Positions 18,935-29,393 of a stretch of DNA of 64,000 nt are shown in pieces. This DNA is from an uncultured Verrucomicrobiae bacterium (lineage in GTDB: Bacteria; Verrucomicrobiota; Verrucomicrobiia; Chthoniobacterales; UBA10450). Every line of letters begins with the position of its first letter. Within the stretch, counting starts at the first letter, position 1. The position numbers were made by a program, and so were the translations under genes. Where the stretch lies: the NCBI GenBank assembly GCA_963735805.1, contig CAVTMK010000003.1, positions 1 to 64,000 on the forward strand, written 5' to 3'. The notes under the pieces were generated by a model. It was not told the origin of the DNA. It searched no databases and saw only the letters and a list, made by a program, of their open reading frames with translations.

Positions 18935-20506
18935 TCAATCCGGTTTCAAAATTTTCATCGCGGCATTGTGTCCGGGAATTCCGCTAACCGCGCCACCGCG
19001 ATAGGCGCTCGATCCACACAAAAGCACGTTTTCGTAATCCGTTTCTACTCCCCAGGTTCCGACCTGCTCTTTGCGTTCGGCAAAGGGAAAGGTTGGCGCA
19101 TTCTGAAAAATGTTTCCCTGGAACATTCCCAGGGCGTCCTCGATATCGACAGGACTTTTGCTTTCGATACAGCGGTTGCCATCTCGAGCCACGGCTAGAC
19201 AATCCTCCAAGGGTTCGTCCAGCCACTGATTGATGCTCTCGACGAATCTTTTCTCCGCATGCTTTCGCATCGTCCTGTTGTCGCGCGCAAACAGGTTCCA
19301 TGGCGCATCCAGTCCAAACAACGTCATCGTCTGGAAACCTTTCTCCCGAAGCTCGGGCGAGAGAATGCTGTCGTCGGTCAATGTGTGACAATAAACTTCG
19401 CACGGCGTTCTAATCGGAAGCCGGCCGCTGCAGGCTTGATCGTAGCTGGTATTCATTTGCTCGTAGCTTTCGTCGCTGTGAAACGTCCCGGCCCATGCCT
19501 GAGGCAGGGCGTACTTTTTCGCCTTTAATTTCGGCAACCGTTGCAGAAGCATGTTGATTTTGAACACCGAACCTTCGTCCGTGACATCGGGTTGATAAAA
19601 TTTACCGGTGTACTTGGCTAACACGTTGCGCCCAAAGTTCACCAGAAGATACCGCGCTTCGATGGTCTGTGATCCATCCTTGTAAAATTCAACCGTCCGT
19701 TGCTTCCCGGTCAGGCCGAGGCTGCGAAGATCGACGTTTGTCAATATTTCAGCGCCGGCCTTCCGCGCTGCCTGTTCCAACTCGCGCGCTACCGCGCCCA
19801 TGCCACCGACCGGCACTTTCCATTCGCCAGTCTTGTTACCGATCAGATGATAAATGAAACAGCGATTCTGCAGAAGCGATGGATCGTGTGGATAGGTCAG
19901 GACACCGATCTTTGCGTCTGTAAACACAAGGCCGCGGATCAAATCGTTTTTTAAATACCGCTCGATAGCCGTCCCAAGCGGTTCCTCCACCAAACTACGC
20001 CAGGCTTCACGAGAAACCTCGTCTACATCAAAACGCCGCCGAAACTCTTCCTTCGCTATCAATGGTTGCAGCATGGAGTCCCACACCTTCTCGGCGAAAA
20101 CGTGCGAAAGGTTGTAAAACGCGTTCATCTGCCCGAATTCCGTATTGTTTCCCGTCAGCTCGAACATCGACCGCCGACTGACTTCTTCGTCCTCGTTACT
20201 CAATAGCAGTCCGTCGGGCTGTCCGTGATTCAGATACGGCGTGAACGACGCCGTCGCGCGCCGGCGCAACTCCAGGTTCAATCCCAGATCTCGAATGATT
20301 TTCTCCGGGAACAAACTAACGAGGTAGGAATAGCGCGATAACTGTGCATCGTAATCGGGAAACACTTTCTGCGAAGTCGTCGCGCCGCCGACGTAGTTGT
20401 TTTTTTCCAGAAGCAGAACACTCAGGCCCGCGCGCCCAAGGTAACTCGCCGCCACAAGGCCGTTGTGCCCAGCACCAAGGATTACAACATCATACTGCGA
20501 TTTCAT
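18935..20506 (-). CDS. Phytoene desaturase-family FAD-dependent oxidoreductase
   Basis: GAGHNGLVAA, LEK..VGGA, GGMG, C-terminal GGAVSGIPGHNAA. Confidence 0.88.
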   Translation of the reverse strand: MKSQYDVVILGAGHNGLVAASYLGRAGLSVLLLEKNNYVGGATTSQKVFPDYDAQLSRYSYLVSLFPEKIIRDLGLNLELRRRATASFTPYLNHGQPDGLLLSNEDEEVSRRSMFELTGNNTEFGQMNAFYNLSHVFAEKVWDSMLQPLIAKEEFRRRFDVDEVSREAWRSLVEEPLGTAIERYLKNDLIRGLVFTDAKIGVLTYPHDPSLLQNRCFIYHLIGNKTGEWKVPVGGMGAVARELEQAARKAGAEILTNVDLRSLGLTGKQRTVEFYKDGSQTIEARYLLVNFGRNVLAKYTGKFYQPDVTDEGSVFKINMLLQRLPKLKAKKYALPQAWAGTFHSDESYEQMNTSYDQACSGRLPIRTPCEVYCHTLTDDSILSPELREKGFQTMTLFGLDAPWNLFARDNRTMRKHAEKRFVESINQWLDEPLEDCLAVARDGNRCIESKSPVDIEDALGMFQGNIFQNAPTFPFAERKEQVGTWGVETDYENVLLCGSSAYRGGAVSGIPGHNAAMKILKPD

Positions 20507-20596
20507 TTCCAATTTGGTTGCGAACTCACGGTTACATCAAACATCGCAAAGCAAACATCAAACACTTCCTCGCGGAGAAACTTAATTCGCTATCGT

Positions 20597-20631
20597 TGGC
20601 AGAAATATGATGATAATTGTCGTTGCTGCCA
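20597..20631. promoter_or_regulatory. Putative GlxA-type operator TGGC-N27-GCCA
   Basis: TGGCAG...CTGCCA inverted repeat upstream of the DJ-1 gene; same geometry as 54057-54091. Confidence 0.5.
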
Positions 20632-20657
20632 CCGACCGGATCGTCAATTTGAATGTC

Positions 20658-21629
20658 ATGAATGCACAAACAAACATCACGAATAGAAGATTGCTAAATC
20701 CAACAGCGGAACTCGGCTTGCTGGCGGCAATTACGCTTGGGGTTCTGGGTCAACTTTCGGGTTCCAATCCGGCCAAGGTCCCCGGCGCATCTGAAGCCAA
20801 TCAGGCCGTGGTCAAAATTAACCCGCTCAAGCCACCGGCTCAGGGCAGCATACCTGTTGCGTTTCTTGTTTCGGAAGGCGCGCAAATGATCGATTTCGCC
20901 GGGCCGTGGGAAGTTTTTCAGGATGCCACGGTTCCCGGACAAACAGATCATCCTTTCCGTCTTTACACCGTGTCTGAGTCTACTTCACCCATTCACACAA
21001 GTGGTGGAATGAAGATCGTCCCCGACTACAATTTTGAAAATGCTCCTGCCCCCAAAGTAATCGTCATTCCTGCTCAAAGTGCACCGAGCCAGGCGACATT
21101 GGAATGGATTCGTAAGTCCACAAAAAACACCGATGTAACCATGTCGGTTTGCACTGGCGCATTTGTGCTGGCGAAAACCGGTCTGTTGTCAGGCAAGGCG
21201 GCAACCACATATCACGGGGCGTTTGGGCGATTCGCCATGGAGTTTCCGGATATTGCGCTCAAACGCGGAGCGCGGTTTGTGGAAAACGGAAATCTCGCGA
21301 CTGCCGGCGGACTCTCCTCTGGAATCGATCTCGCTTTACGAGTAGTCGAGCGTTACTACGGTCGCCAAGTCGCGCAAACGACGGCCTATGACCTGGAATA
21401 TCAGGGTCAGGGCTGGATGAATCCGGAGTCAAACCAGCTGTATGCCACCGCCCGCGTCTCGACTGCTGAACATCCGGTCTGTGCGGTCTGCGGAATGGAT
21501 GTCGATCCCAAAAGAGCGCCCAAGTCCATTTTCAAAGATGTGACCTACTACTTTTGTTCCGACGACGACAAGAAAACATTCGACACCGCGCCGGATAAAT
21601 TTGTGAACACCGACAATAAAAGCTTGTGA
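20658..21629 (+). CDS. DJ-1/PfpI family protein with C-terminal YHS domain
   Basis: DFAGPWEVF, SVCTGA, GLSSGID; C-terminal CAVCGMDVD..YYFCS. Confidence 0.88.
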   Translation: MNAQTNITNRRLLNPTAELGLLAAITLGVLGQLSGSNPAKVPGASEANQAVVKINPLKPPAQGSIPVAFLVSEGAQMIDFAGPWEVFQDATVPGQTDHPFRLYTVSESTSPIHTSGGMKIVPDYNFENAPAPKVIVIPAQSAPSQATLEWIRKSTKNTDVTMSVCTGAFVLAKTGLLSGKAATTYHGAFGRFAMEFPDIALKRGARFVENGNLATAGGLSSGIDLALRVVERYYGRQVAQTTAYDLEYQGQGWMNPESNQLYATARVSTAEHPVCAVCGMDVDPKRAPKSIFKDVTYYFCSDDDKKTFDTAPDKFVNTDNKSL

Positions 21630-21657
21630 CGTTTGATGCGCTAGGAGTGACCAGTCG

Positions 21658-22683
21658 ATGAATCCAAACTCATCTCACGCGGCGCGGCGAATCGTTTTTG
21701 TTGCTGCACCGGGCACCGAGATCCTCGACCTGGTCGGACCGCTGCAAGTGTTCGCCCGGGCGTCGGAAATATTCGTCAAACAAAATCCCGGCGCATCATC
21801 AATCTATTCTGTCGAAGTCGTGACTACTTCCCGCCACCGTGCATTTGTCACGAACTGCGGTTTGCGAATCACGGCGCACAAAACTTTTCGCCAGCTGCGC
21901 GGAAACATCGACACCCTGCTTGTAGCTGGCGGCAGCGCAATCGAGAACGACGAGGTAAACGCCGAAGTCATCCGCTGGTTGAAAACCATCGCCGGACGAA
22001 TTCGGCGAATCGGCTCCGTGTGCACCGGCGCCATGTTGCTGGCGCGAGCGGGTCTGCTTGACGGGCGCCGCGCCACAACACACTGGAATTGGTGCGAAGT
22101 TTTGATCAGACGAGCGCCGCGGACACAGGTCGATCGTGATCCAATATTTGTTCGTGACAAAAATGTCTACACGTCGGCCGGCGTTACGGCGGGGATGGAC
22201 CTCGCGCTGGCGTTAGTGGAAGAAGACCACGACTCACGACTGGCATTACAGGTCGCCCGCAATCTCGTGCTCTATTTGCGCCGACCCGGAGGGCAGTCGC
22301 AATTCAGTGCCGCGTTATCACTGCAACTGACCGATCGAAAACCCTTAAGCGAACTCGAGTCATGGGTGCTGGATAATCTAAACAAACCGCTAACCGTGCC
22401 GGTGCTGGCCCAACGCGTAGCCATGAGTCCGCGAAATTTCGCGCGGATCTTCACCAGGGAAATGAAAACCACGCCGGCGAAATTCGTAGAACGTCTTCGA
22501 GTGGAGACCGCACGGCGGCGCCTGGAAGAGAGTCCGAACAGTATGGAGTCGATCGCCAGTGAGTGCGGTTTCGGAAATGTGAATTCAATGCGCAGCGTTT
22601 TTCAGCGGGCGTTAAGGATCGCGCCGGGACAATATCGTCGCCACTTCCGCTACGTGAAACGTCGACAAAGGTCCGATAGATAA
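21658..22683 (+). CDS. GlxA-family AraC transcriptional regulator
   Basis: SVCTGA, ATTHW, TSAGVTAGMD, RRPGGQSQFS, AraC HTH. Confidence 0.93.
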   Translation: MNPNSSHAARRIVFVAAPGTEILDLVGPLQVFARASEIFVKQNPGASSIYSVEVVTTSRHRAFVTNCGLRITAHKTFRQLRGNIDTLLVAGGSAIENDEVNAEVIRWLKTIAGRIRRIGSVCTGAMLLARAGLLDGRRATTHWNWCEVLIRRAPRTQVDRDPIFVRDKNVYTSAGVTAGMDLALALVEEDHDSRLALQVARNLVLYLRRPGGQSQFSAALSLQLTDRKPLSELESWVLDNLNKPLTVPVLAQRVAMSPRNFARIFTREMKTTPAKFVERLRVETARRRLEESPNSMESIASECGFGNVNSMRSVFQRALRIAPGQYRRHFRYVKRRQRSDR

Positions 22684-22811
22684 GAATTGGCCGGCCGAAG
22701 ATGTGACGGAAAAAGTCACTCGCAATGCGTTATCATGGAGAGATATCATTTGGTAATTCGGTTGCGAATTTCATGCTTGTATCGAAAACCAGCAGGCAAA
22801 CCTTCTAGCCG

Positions 22812-23387
22812 ATGGGCGCATTTGAGTATCTGTCCGTCCTGATCTCAATCATCCTCGCTCTGGGGATGACACGTGTGCTGGCCGGTGTCGGTGAAATGCT
22901 GCAAGCCCGCTCCCTTCGACGGCTCTACTGGGTACATATCATCTGGATCATTAACCTGTTTCTATATTTGGTGATCGCCTGGTGGATTTTCTATAGATGG
23001 CGCAATCAGCAACCGTGGACGTTTTTGCTATTCGTCTTTGTGCTTATCTCGCCGACGATCTTGTACTTGGCATCGCTTTTACTCTTTCCACGGGAAAGCG
23101 ACGTCGGCCTTGCAATTGATTACAAGACGCACTACTACGCGAACCATCGCGCGTTCTTCATTCTTTTCGGATTATTCACACCAGTCGATATCGTGGATTC
23201 GCTGCTGAAAGGTGTTCCCCATTTTCTTGCTTTGGGACCGGCATATTTCGCCAGCGGCCTGCTCTATTTCGCAGGTTTGGTCATTGCGGCAATCACACGC
23301 AACGAGCGTTATCATGAGTTTTACGCCGTCTTCTTTCTGGTCCAGACTATCGTTATCAGCTTTCTCATTTTCCAGATACTCGTGTGA
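22812..23387 (+). CDS. Multi-TM membrane protein
   Basis: Six hydrophobic segments; FEYLSVLISIILAL start. Confidence 0.75.
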   Translation: MGAFEYLSVLISIILALGMTRVLAGVGEMLQARSLRRLYWVHIIWIINLFLYLVIAWWIFYRWRNQQPWTFLLFVFVLISPTILYLASLLLFPRESDVGLAIDYKTHYYANHRAFFILFGLFTPVDIVDSLLKGVPHFLALGPAYFASGLLYFAGLVIAAITRNERYHEFYAVFFLVQTIVISFLIFQILV

Positions 23388-23520
23388 GCGCAGGCAGACC
23401 GACTGGTGCAACCGTTGTCCAAGCTCTATCCCCGTTCTCAGAGCGTGCACTAACAAATATGCAGTTGAACTGCATGCCGGGAGACGATGTCTTTATTGAA
23501 AAGCGTTTGTTCGGAGCACG

Positions 23521-24438
23521 ATGAGAATGTCACTCTGGCAAAAATGTGTCGTCGTCCTACTCGGCGTCGCGGTGCTTGGAGGTGCGACGTATTTCGCGCG
23601 GATCGTCTTTCGTCCGGTAGGACTGGAAAGATACAAGTCGATCCCGAGAGTGACTTACGTACACCCTAACGTAAAGAAACTGAAACGAGCTCAAGCTTTG
23701 GTTCGCGAAGGGAAATTGAACGAAGCGCGCGCAATTGCCGTAAAAGCGCTCATCACCGCACCGAAATCACCGGTTACGCGCGATTTGCGCGATCTTCTTG
23801 GCGAAGTCAATACGCAGATTTTTTTCTCCAAAGAACCGTCGCTTCGCAAAACAGAATATACCGTGAGGCGCGGCGACGCGCTTGCGTCAATCGCGCGAAA
23901 GCTTAAGTCCAGTGCCGAAGCGATCATTCGCGTGAACGACCTTGATTCCACTCTGATCCGGCCCGGAGAACAGCTGCTCGTGCCGCAGCTCGATTTTACC
24001 ATCACGATCGACCTTCCGCGCAACCGCGTGATTGTGCACGATGGTCACGGGTTCTTTACTCAGTACCCAATTGCCTCGGTGGACTTGCCGCCTGCGCGAC
24101 AGCCCACAGTTCAGACGAAAGTAACGGCGAAATCGTTTTGGGAAAATGGCAAGCCGGTGCGGGCTAATCAAAAATTCCAGGAAGAAGAAGCTACTCCGCG
24201 CATCAACTTGGGACATGCCGGGTACGTGCTTTACGGCGTGGAAGAAGAAAGTGATACCGACACTTCAGAAATTGCGGTCGAGGCCGACAACAAACAGGGA
24301 GCCTCGAATTCACAGGATTCAAATCACCCGCCTCAAGGAATTGCCATGCTGAAAAACGACATTGCCGAGATCGAGTTACTCATCCGCAAAGGAACACCTG
24401 TTACGATCATTCTGAATCGAGAGGAAAGACCCAGATGA
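23521..24438 (+). CDS. LysM + degenerate L,D-transpeptidase-like (YkuD) protein
   Basis: YTVRRGDAL..IRPGEQLLVP LysM; ITIDL..YPI..GTPVTI YkuD scaffold. Confidence 0.75.
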   Translation: MRMSLWQKCVVVLLGVAVLGGATYFARIVFRPVGLERYKSIPRVTYVHPNVKKLKRAQALVREGKLNEARAIAVKALITAPKSPVTRDLRDLLGEVNTQIFFSKEPSLRKTEYTVRRGDALASIARKLKSSAEAIIRVNDLDSTLIRPGEQLLVPQLDFTITIDLPRNRVIVHDGHGFFTQYPIASVDLPPARQPTVQTKVTAKSFWENGKPVRANQKFQEEEATPRINLGHAGYVLYGVEEESDTDTSEIAVEADNKQGASNSQDSNHPPQGIAMLKNDIAEIELLIRKGTPVTIILNREERPR

Positions 24439-24522
24439 ATTCACCAACGCATCGGGTTTGGCGCTCTCTTCCTGTTGTGCCAGAACCTGGCAAGCGTCAA
24501 GAATACTCCCAATGCTCGGATT

Positions 24523-25551
24523 TCAGCTCTTCGCTCCGATATCAAGAACGACGCGAAATCGCGCTTTGCCGCTCATCATCCGGTCGTACGCTTCGGCTGC
24601 TCGCTCCAATGGATAAATTTCGTTCATCGACTGCACACCGTTCGACGCGCTGAATTTGAGCGTATCCTGTGAGTCAATCGATGTTCCCGAGTACCAGCCT
24701 TTCAGTGAACGCTGTCCGGTGATCAGCAGAACTGGATTGACCGAGAGCGGACCGGCAGCGCCAATCACGATCAGCGTTCCGTTAGGTCCAAGACCTCCGA
24801 GCACTGCCGCCATGGCATCGGCATTCGTCACCGTGGCAATCACAACTTTCGCACCGCCGAGTTTATTCAGTTCCGCCGCTGGATCGGATGACTGACTGTC
24901 GATGTAATGATGCGCGCCGAGCTTTTTCGCTAACGACTCTTTCTCTTTGCCGCGGGCGATTGCCGCCGTGTTAAACCCCATCTTCGCGGCGAATTGCACG
25001 CCAAGATGACCGAGTCCGCCGATCCCGAGCACTCCGACCAGGTCGCCGGGCCGCGCGCTACTATTACGCAACGCATTGAACGTTGTGATTCCAGCGCACA
25101 TCAATGGCGCGCTATCGACTGAGTTCAAATCGTCCGGCACGGACGCGAGCGCTTTCGCCGGTGCAACCATGTATTCGGCGTAACCGCCGTCGAACGAGAT
25201 GCCGGTTGTGAGCAATTCGACCTGACAGGCAAAGAAATCGCCGCGCCGGCATGGATCGCAATGTCCGCAATTTGAAGCGTGCCATCCAATGCCAATCCGC
25301 TGGCCTGATTTCCAATCCGGCACGTCGGACCCGACGGCATCGATCACACCGATCACCTCATGGCCGGGAATTCTCGGATACTGAATTCCGGGCCAGAGTC
25401 CTTCCTTGACTAACGAATCGCTGTGACAAACACCACATGCTTCAACCTTCACTCGGACCCAACCTGATTTGGGTTCCGGAACGTCCCGTTCCACCACTTC
25501 CAACGGTCCCTTTGCCTTTGGGATCTGCACTGCCCGCATCTTCTTCGCCAT
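24523..25551 (-). CDS. Zinc-dependent alcohol dehydrogenase
   Basis: CGVCHSD, GHE, CxxCxxC..C, GIGGLG. Confidence 0.93.
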   Translation of the reverse strand: MAKKMRAVQIPKAKGPLEVVERDVPEPKSGWVRVKVEACGVCHSDSLVKEGLWPGIQYPRIPGHEVIGVIDAVGSDVPDWKSGQRIGIGWHASNCGHCDPCRRGDFFACQVELLTTGISFDGGYAEYMVAPAKALASVPDDLNSVDSAPLMCAGITTFNALRNSSARPGDLVGVLGIGGLGHLGVQFAAKMGFNTAAIARGKEKESLAKKLGAHHYIDSQSSDPAAELNKLGGAKVVIATVTNADAMAAVLGGLGPNGTLIVIGAAGPLSVNPVLLITGQRSLKGWYSGTSIDSQDTLKFSASNGVQSMNEIYPLERAAEAYDRMMSGKARFRVVLDIGAKS

Positions 25552-25663
25552 GACTTTCCAATCGCCCTGCTCTCTCAAAAACGCAAGATCTGTGGCTGCG
25601 GTCTGTGACCGCGACTTCGTCAATCAAATCGATTATGATTACGAACCGAGCAGGACAATCAAA

Positions 25664-26504
25664 ATGAAAACCGTCACACTTCCCGATGGCGAGCGCGTTC
25701 CAGGTACTGGGTCAGGGTACCTGGCGCATGGGAGAGAACACGCGAGCGGACAAGGATGAGGTCGCCGCATTACGGCTCGGCATCGAACTAGGCATGACAT
25801 TGATTGACACCGCGGAGATGTATGGCGAAGGCGGGGCGGAAAAGGTGGTAGCCGATGCAATCGAGGATCAGCGCGATCGCGTGTTTGTTGTTACCAAGGT
25901 GTATCCGCATAACGCGTCATGCATCGAATTGCCAAGGGCATGCGAGCGCAGTCTTAAACATCTTCGAATCGATGTGATCGATCTGTACTTATTACATTGG
26001 CGAGAAAGACGCACGCGCCTGGTGGAAACAGTGGAAGCGTTTGAGAAACTTCGCGCCGCCGGAAAGATTAAACGCTGGGGCGTCTCGAATTTCGATGTCG
26101 ACGACATGGAAGAACTCTGGTCTGTCGTAAACGGCACCAACTGCGCAGCCAATCAGGTTCTCTACAACGTAAAAAATCGCGAGATCGAATCTGGCCTCCT
26201 GGGATGGAGCGAAAAGAATAGAGTTCCAATAATGGCTTACTCTCCTGTTGGTCACGGGCGCGGATTGCTCGAAAACGCTACGCTCACACGGATCGCCGGG
26301 CGCCACGACGCAACCACGTCACAAATCGCGCTCGCATGGGTATTGCGGCAACCGGGGATGATAGCGATTCCCAAAGCGAGCAGGGAAGACCATGTCCGTG
26401 ACAACGCACGATCAATCGAGATCAAACTGACCGAGGACGACCTGACCGAGCTCGATCGGGAATTCCCGGCGCCGAAATCGAAAGAGCCGTTGCCGATGTT
26501 GTGA
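25664..26504 (+). pseudogene. Aldo/keto reductase with +1 frameshift near 25703
   Basis: MKTVTLPDGERVP joins VLGQGTWRMGE only if one G is removed; IDTAEMYG, DLYLLHW, YSP motifs. Confidence 0.8.
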
Positions 26505-26564
26505 GCGCCGAGCGCACCTGCTGTTAGCTTGAAAAAGGGGTTCGAGTTCTTTGTTTGAATCCGG

Positions 26565-27551
26565 ATGCACTTTGTAGTGCATCGAACTGGTGAAATGGGA
26601 TACCCTGGTTCACAGCATTTCGCCCCTAACCGCGTCCTTATCGGCAGCCTGGTTCTTTACGTCTGCGCCTTTGCCAGCCTTTCACGAAATAAAAGCTTCG
26701 AGGCTACCGACGCAGTCGTTGTGCTCATCGTTTTCGGAATTGCGTTCCCGCTCGTCGCATGGATCGCAACCCGTCGTGCTAGCCCACTCGGCATTTCCGT
26801 AACGCCGAGCAAAGCCCAATTAATCGTCCTGATCGGATACATTATTGTCTTATCGGTTTATCTCATCGGCGGTCCGCAATGGATTGACCGGCATCTTCCT
26901 TCCTCGTGGATCGATTCCGCGCGGATGAGGTTTTTTGTCACGCTCGCAAAGAAGCTCATCGTTTTCGTTCTCATTCCCTTCGCGATTTTCCGATTCGGTT
27001 TTGGCTATCGAATTCGAGATTTCGGAATTCAGCGCGAGGGCTTGCGCGCGCTTCGCGGTAGTCATCTGCCGGTTGTGCTTGTTGTGGGCGGAGCTTTCCT
27101 GGTTTTCCAATATTTTTTCAGCGGCGGCGGCGCTTCATTTCGACACGGACATTTTACCGGCTACCAACTGCTTTTCGGTTTGCCGCTTTGCTTCATTTGG
27201 CTCTTCTTCGAAGCCGGCTTAGTCGAAGAATTTTTCTTTCGAGCCCTGGTCCAATCACAACTGGCGACCGTATTGAAATCCGAAGTAAGTGGGGTCGCGC
27301 TGATGTCGCTGATATTCGGTCTGGCACACGCACCCGGCTTCATCTTTAGACATGCCGGCGAGGTTGAAGGACTTGGCTCAAATCCGAGCGCACTCGATGC
27401 GGTTGCCTACTCCATCGTTGTTCTGGCAGTCAGTGGACTCACTTTTGGTGTCGTCTGGGCCCGAACCAAAAATCTCTTTGCCGTTATGCTCATCCACGCG
27501 GCCGGCGATCTTCTTCCAAATTTTGCCGGCTTCGTGCAAACGTGGTTCTAA
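26565..27551 (+). CDS. CPBP (CAAX) family intramembrane metalloprotease
   Basis: EEFFFR, FGLAH, IHAAGD; many TM helices. Confidence 0.85.
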   Translation: MHFVVHRTGEMGYPGSQHFAPNRVLIGSLVLYVCAFASLSRNKSFEATDAVVVLIVFGIAFPLVAWIATRRASPLGISVTPSKAQLIVLIGYIIVLSVYLIGGPQWIDRHLPSSWIDSARMRFFVTLAKKLIVFVLIPFAIFRFGFGYRIRDFGIQREGLRALRGSHLPVVLVVGGAFLVFQYFFSGGGASFRHGHFTGYQLLFGLPLCFIWLFFEAGLVEEFFFRALVQSQLATVLKSEVSGVALMSLIFGLAHAPGFIFRHAGEVEGLGSNPSALDAVAYSIVVLAVSGLTFGVVWARTKNLFAVMLIHAAGDLLPNFAGFVQTWF

Positions 27552-27662
27552 ACATCCACTAAAAACAGTGGTATTACGCCGCCTCAATAGCGGTAGTGAT
27601 AATGATAGCGATCGGTGCGGTGATACGGTTGCCGCAGTTGATTTGCTTTGACGTGACCGGCC

Positions 27663-27701
27663 AAAAAAAGAGCCGGCTCGAAATCGTATCCGAGTCAGCT
27701 C
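27663..27701 (-). terminator. Rho-independent terminator
   Basis: GAGCTGACTCG..CGAGCCGGCTC followed by T7 on the minus strand. Confidence 0.7.
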
Positions 27702-27738
27702 AATAGGATTTACATCCTTACGTCATTAAGTGTCTCAC

Positions 27739-28017
27739 TTAGTGATGGTAGTAATGGTGGTATCGATGGTGGCGGTAATAACGGTGCCCGTTGTAGTAGG
27801 AACGTCCGTTGTAGCCGTTGTAGTAACCGTAGTACCGATATGGCCGGTAGTATCCGTATGGATAATAGCCGTATCCATAGCCATAAGACGGATAGTAACG
27901 ATAACCATAGCTCGGATAGCCGAACCCAATTCCGACTGAAACCTGCGCGTAAGAACGCTGCGCAGGTACAAAAGCCAATCCGAATGCCATCAATGCAATT
28001 AACAGGACCTTTTTCAT
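27739..28017 (-). CDS. Small secreted Tyr/Gly/His-rich protein
   Basis: Signal peptide; VSVGIGFG; Y-rich tail; GGAAGGGA RBS; own terminator. Confidence 0.75.
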   Translation of the reverse strand: MKKVLLIALMAFGLAFVPAQRSYAQVSVGIGFGYPSYGYRYYPSYGYGYGYYPYGYYRPYRYYGYYNGYNGRSYYNGHRYYRHHRYHHYYHH

Positions 28018-28326
28018 TGTAGTATTCCCTTCCTTGTTTCTTGTTCTGCGAGGGACGAAAGCCCTTTCTAGGATTCCCTGGACGCTTGGTAGAAACGTGC
28101 GTCGCCCTTTACAGTACTATCGGATTTGCGTGGCTTCGCGGTTCCCTTTCAAAGGATCAAAAACAAGCCGGTTTTTGATCAGAGATTCCGTTGGGGAATC
28201 GTTTCCAGCGGAAGATTCCGGCGATAATTAGGCCCCAACTAGTCGCGATCGAACAGAGGTGCCTCATATTTGTGACCTGAGTCGCAAAGAACAATGAGAA
28301 TGTGGAGATGTTCATAGTTGGTTTGG

Positions 28327-29259
28327 TCACTCGTCAAACTTCAGTGTTTGTATATAAGCTGCCGCGGCATCAGAGAGTAGATCGCGGTGCATTCGCATGA
28401 AATCTCCAAAAAAGGCCTCACCGGCGCTGCCGTCGACAATATGAGTGGCTAAAAGATCCATCGCTTTTGGCTCTTCGTATAGCCCCTCGGCATAGACGAT
28501 ACGTCGACCTTCGAACGGCTCGTCAAGGGCCCGTTCGAAGTATTGCACAGTTACCTCTCTGTCCCGCGGCATGTGCGCGCTCATGATCAGTACGTGTATT
28601 TTCTGCCATTCGTCCTGAGAGAGTTTCCGACGCCACTCCATTACGTGCGAGTGAAGGGCATCGATTTCTGCCTTCGCCGCCTCATCAACATTTGCCAGAA
28701 GGATGGGACTTATCTTACGGGCAAAATCATCAAGCTGCTGCTTCGTCGTTTGACGTTTTTCTATTGCCTCATCCAGAAACCCAAGTGACTCCCCAATTAT
28801 TTCTTGCTGTCTCTGCAACTGAGCATCCGAGAATCCTCTTAGCATTTTCGCCGCGTCGACGATCAATGTCCGGTATTCGCAGAGCTCCGATACCCTGGTA
28901 TCGCTCAAAGGCTGGAAATCCGATTGATCAAACATCAGAAATACAGCGAATGGAATGTGGGCCACGGCTTTCAGCGCCTCATAAGTCGGCGGGAGGATCT
29001 CAGCTTCTGTCCTGATTCCGTTCTCAACCAGAACGGCCTTGGTTCCTTCAATGAGAATAAGCGGACCGACCTTTGAAAGCGCTTGTGCCTTCGCGCGGCT
29101 GTATTCAGATCGCATTGCATTATTAAGGGTCACCAGCGGATCGATCTCAGTCGGTTGTCCGCTCTCACTCAAAATTTCAGATTGGACTCTGGCAACAACT
29201 ACAAGATTTGTCAGAATAAGAGCGATCAGCCCGGCTTTGGTAAATTGAATTCGCATCAA
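28327..29259 (-). CDS. Secreted hypothetical protein
   Basis: 310 aa; N-terminal signal; LKAVAHIP, HMPRD, RMHRDLL. Confidence 0.7.
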   Translation of the reverse strand: MMRIQFTKAGLIALILTNLVVVARVQSEILSESGQPTEIDPLVTLNNAMRSEYSRAKAQALSKVGPLILIEGTKAVLVENGIRTEAEILPPTYEALKAVAHIPFAVFLMFDQSDFQPLSDTRVSELCEYRTLIVDAAKMLRGFSDAQLQRQQEIIGESLGFLDEAIEKRQTTKQQLDDFARKISPILLANVDEAAKAEIDALHSHVMEWRRKLSQDEWQKIHVLIMSAHMPRDREVTVQYFERALDEPFEGRRIVYAEGLYEEPKAMDLLATHIVDGSAGEAFFGDFMRMHRDLLSDAAAAYIQTLKFDE

Positions 29260-29393
29260 ACGCCTCGGTTCGCCCGTCGATCAAAAGATCCCAGGCATTC
29301 TTTCAATTTTCTGCATAATGCCTCCGATATATCGCCTAACTTAAGTTCTAGTTTGTCACGCGCATGTTTGCTTAGCTTGCATTCGACCAGACA

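Noticed and set aside
18590..19198. Long antisense ORFs (also 32763-33365, 42955-44199, 45443-46018)
   Set aside because: Shadow frames of well-supported genes on the opposite strand
25664..25720. Programmed ribosomal frameshift
   Set aside because: No slippery heptamer or stimulatory structure
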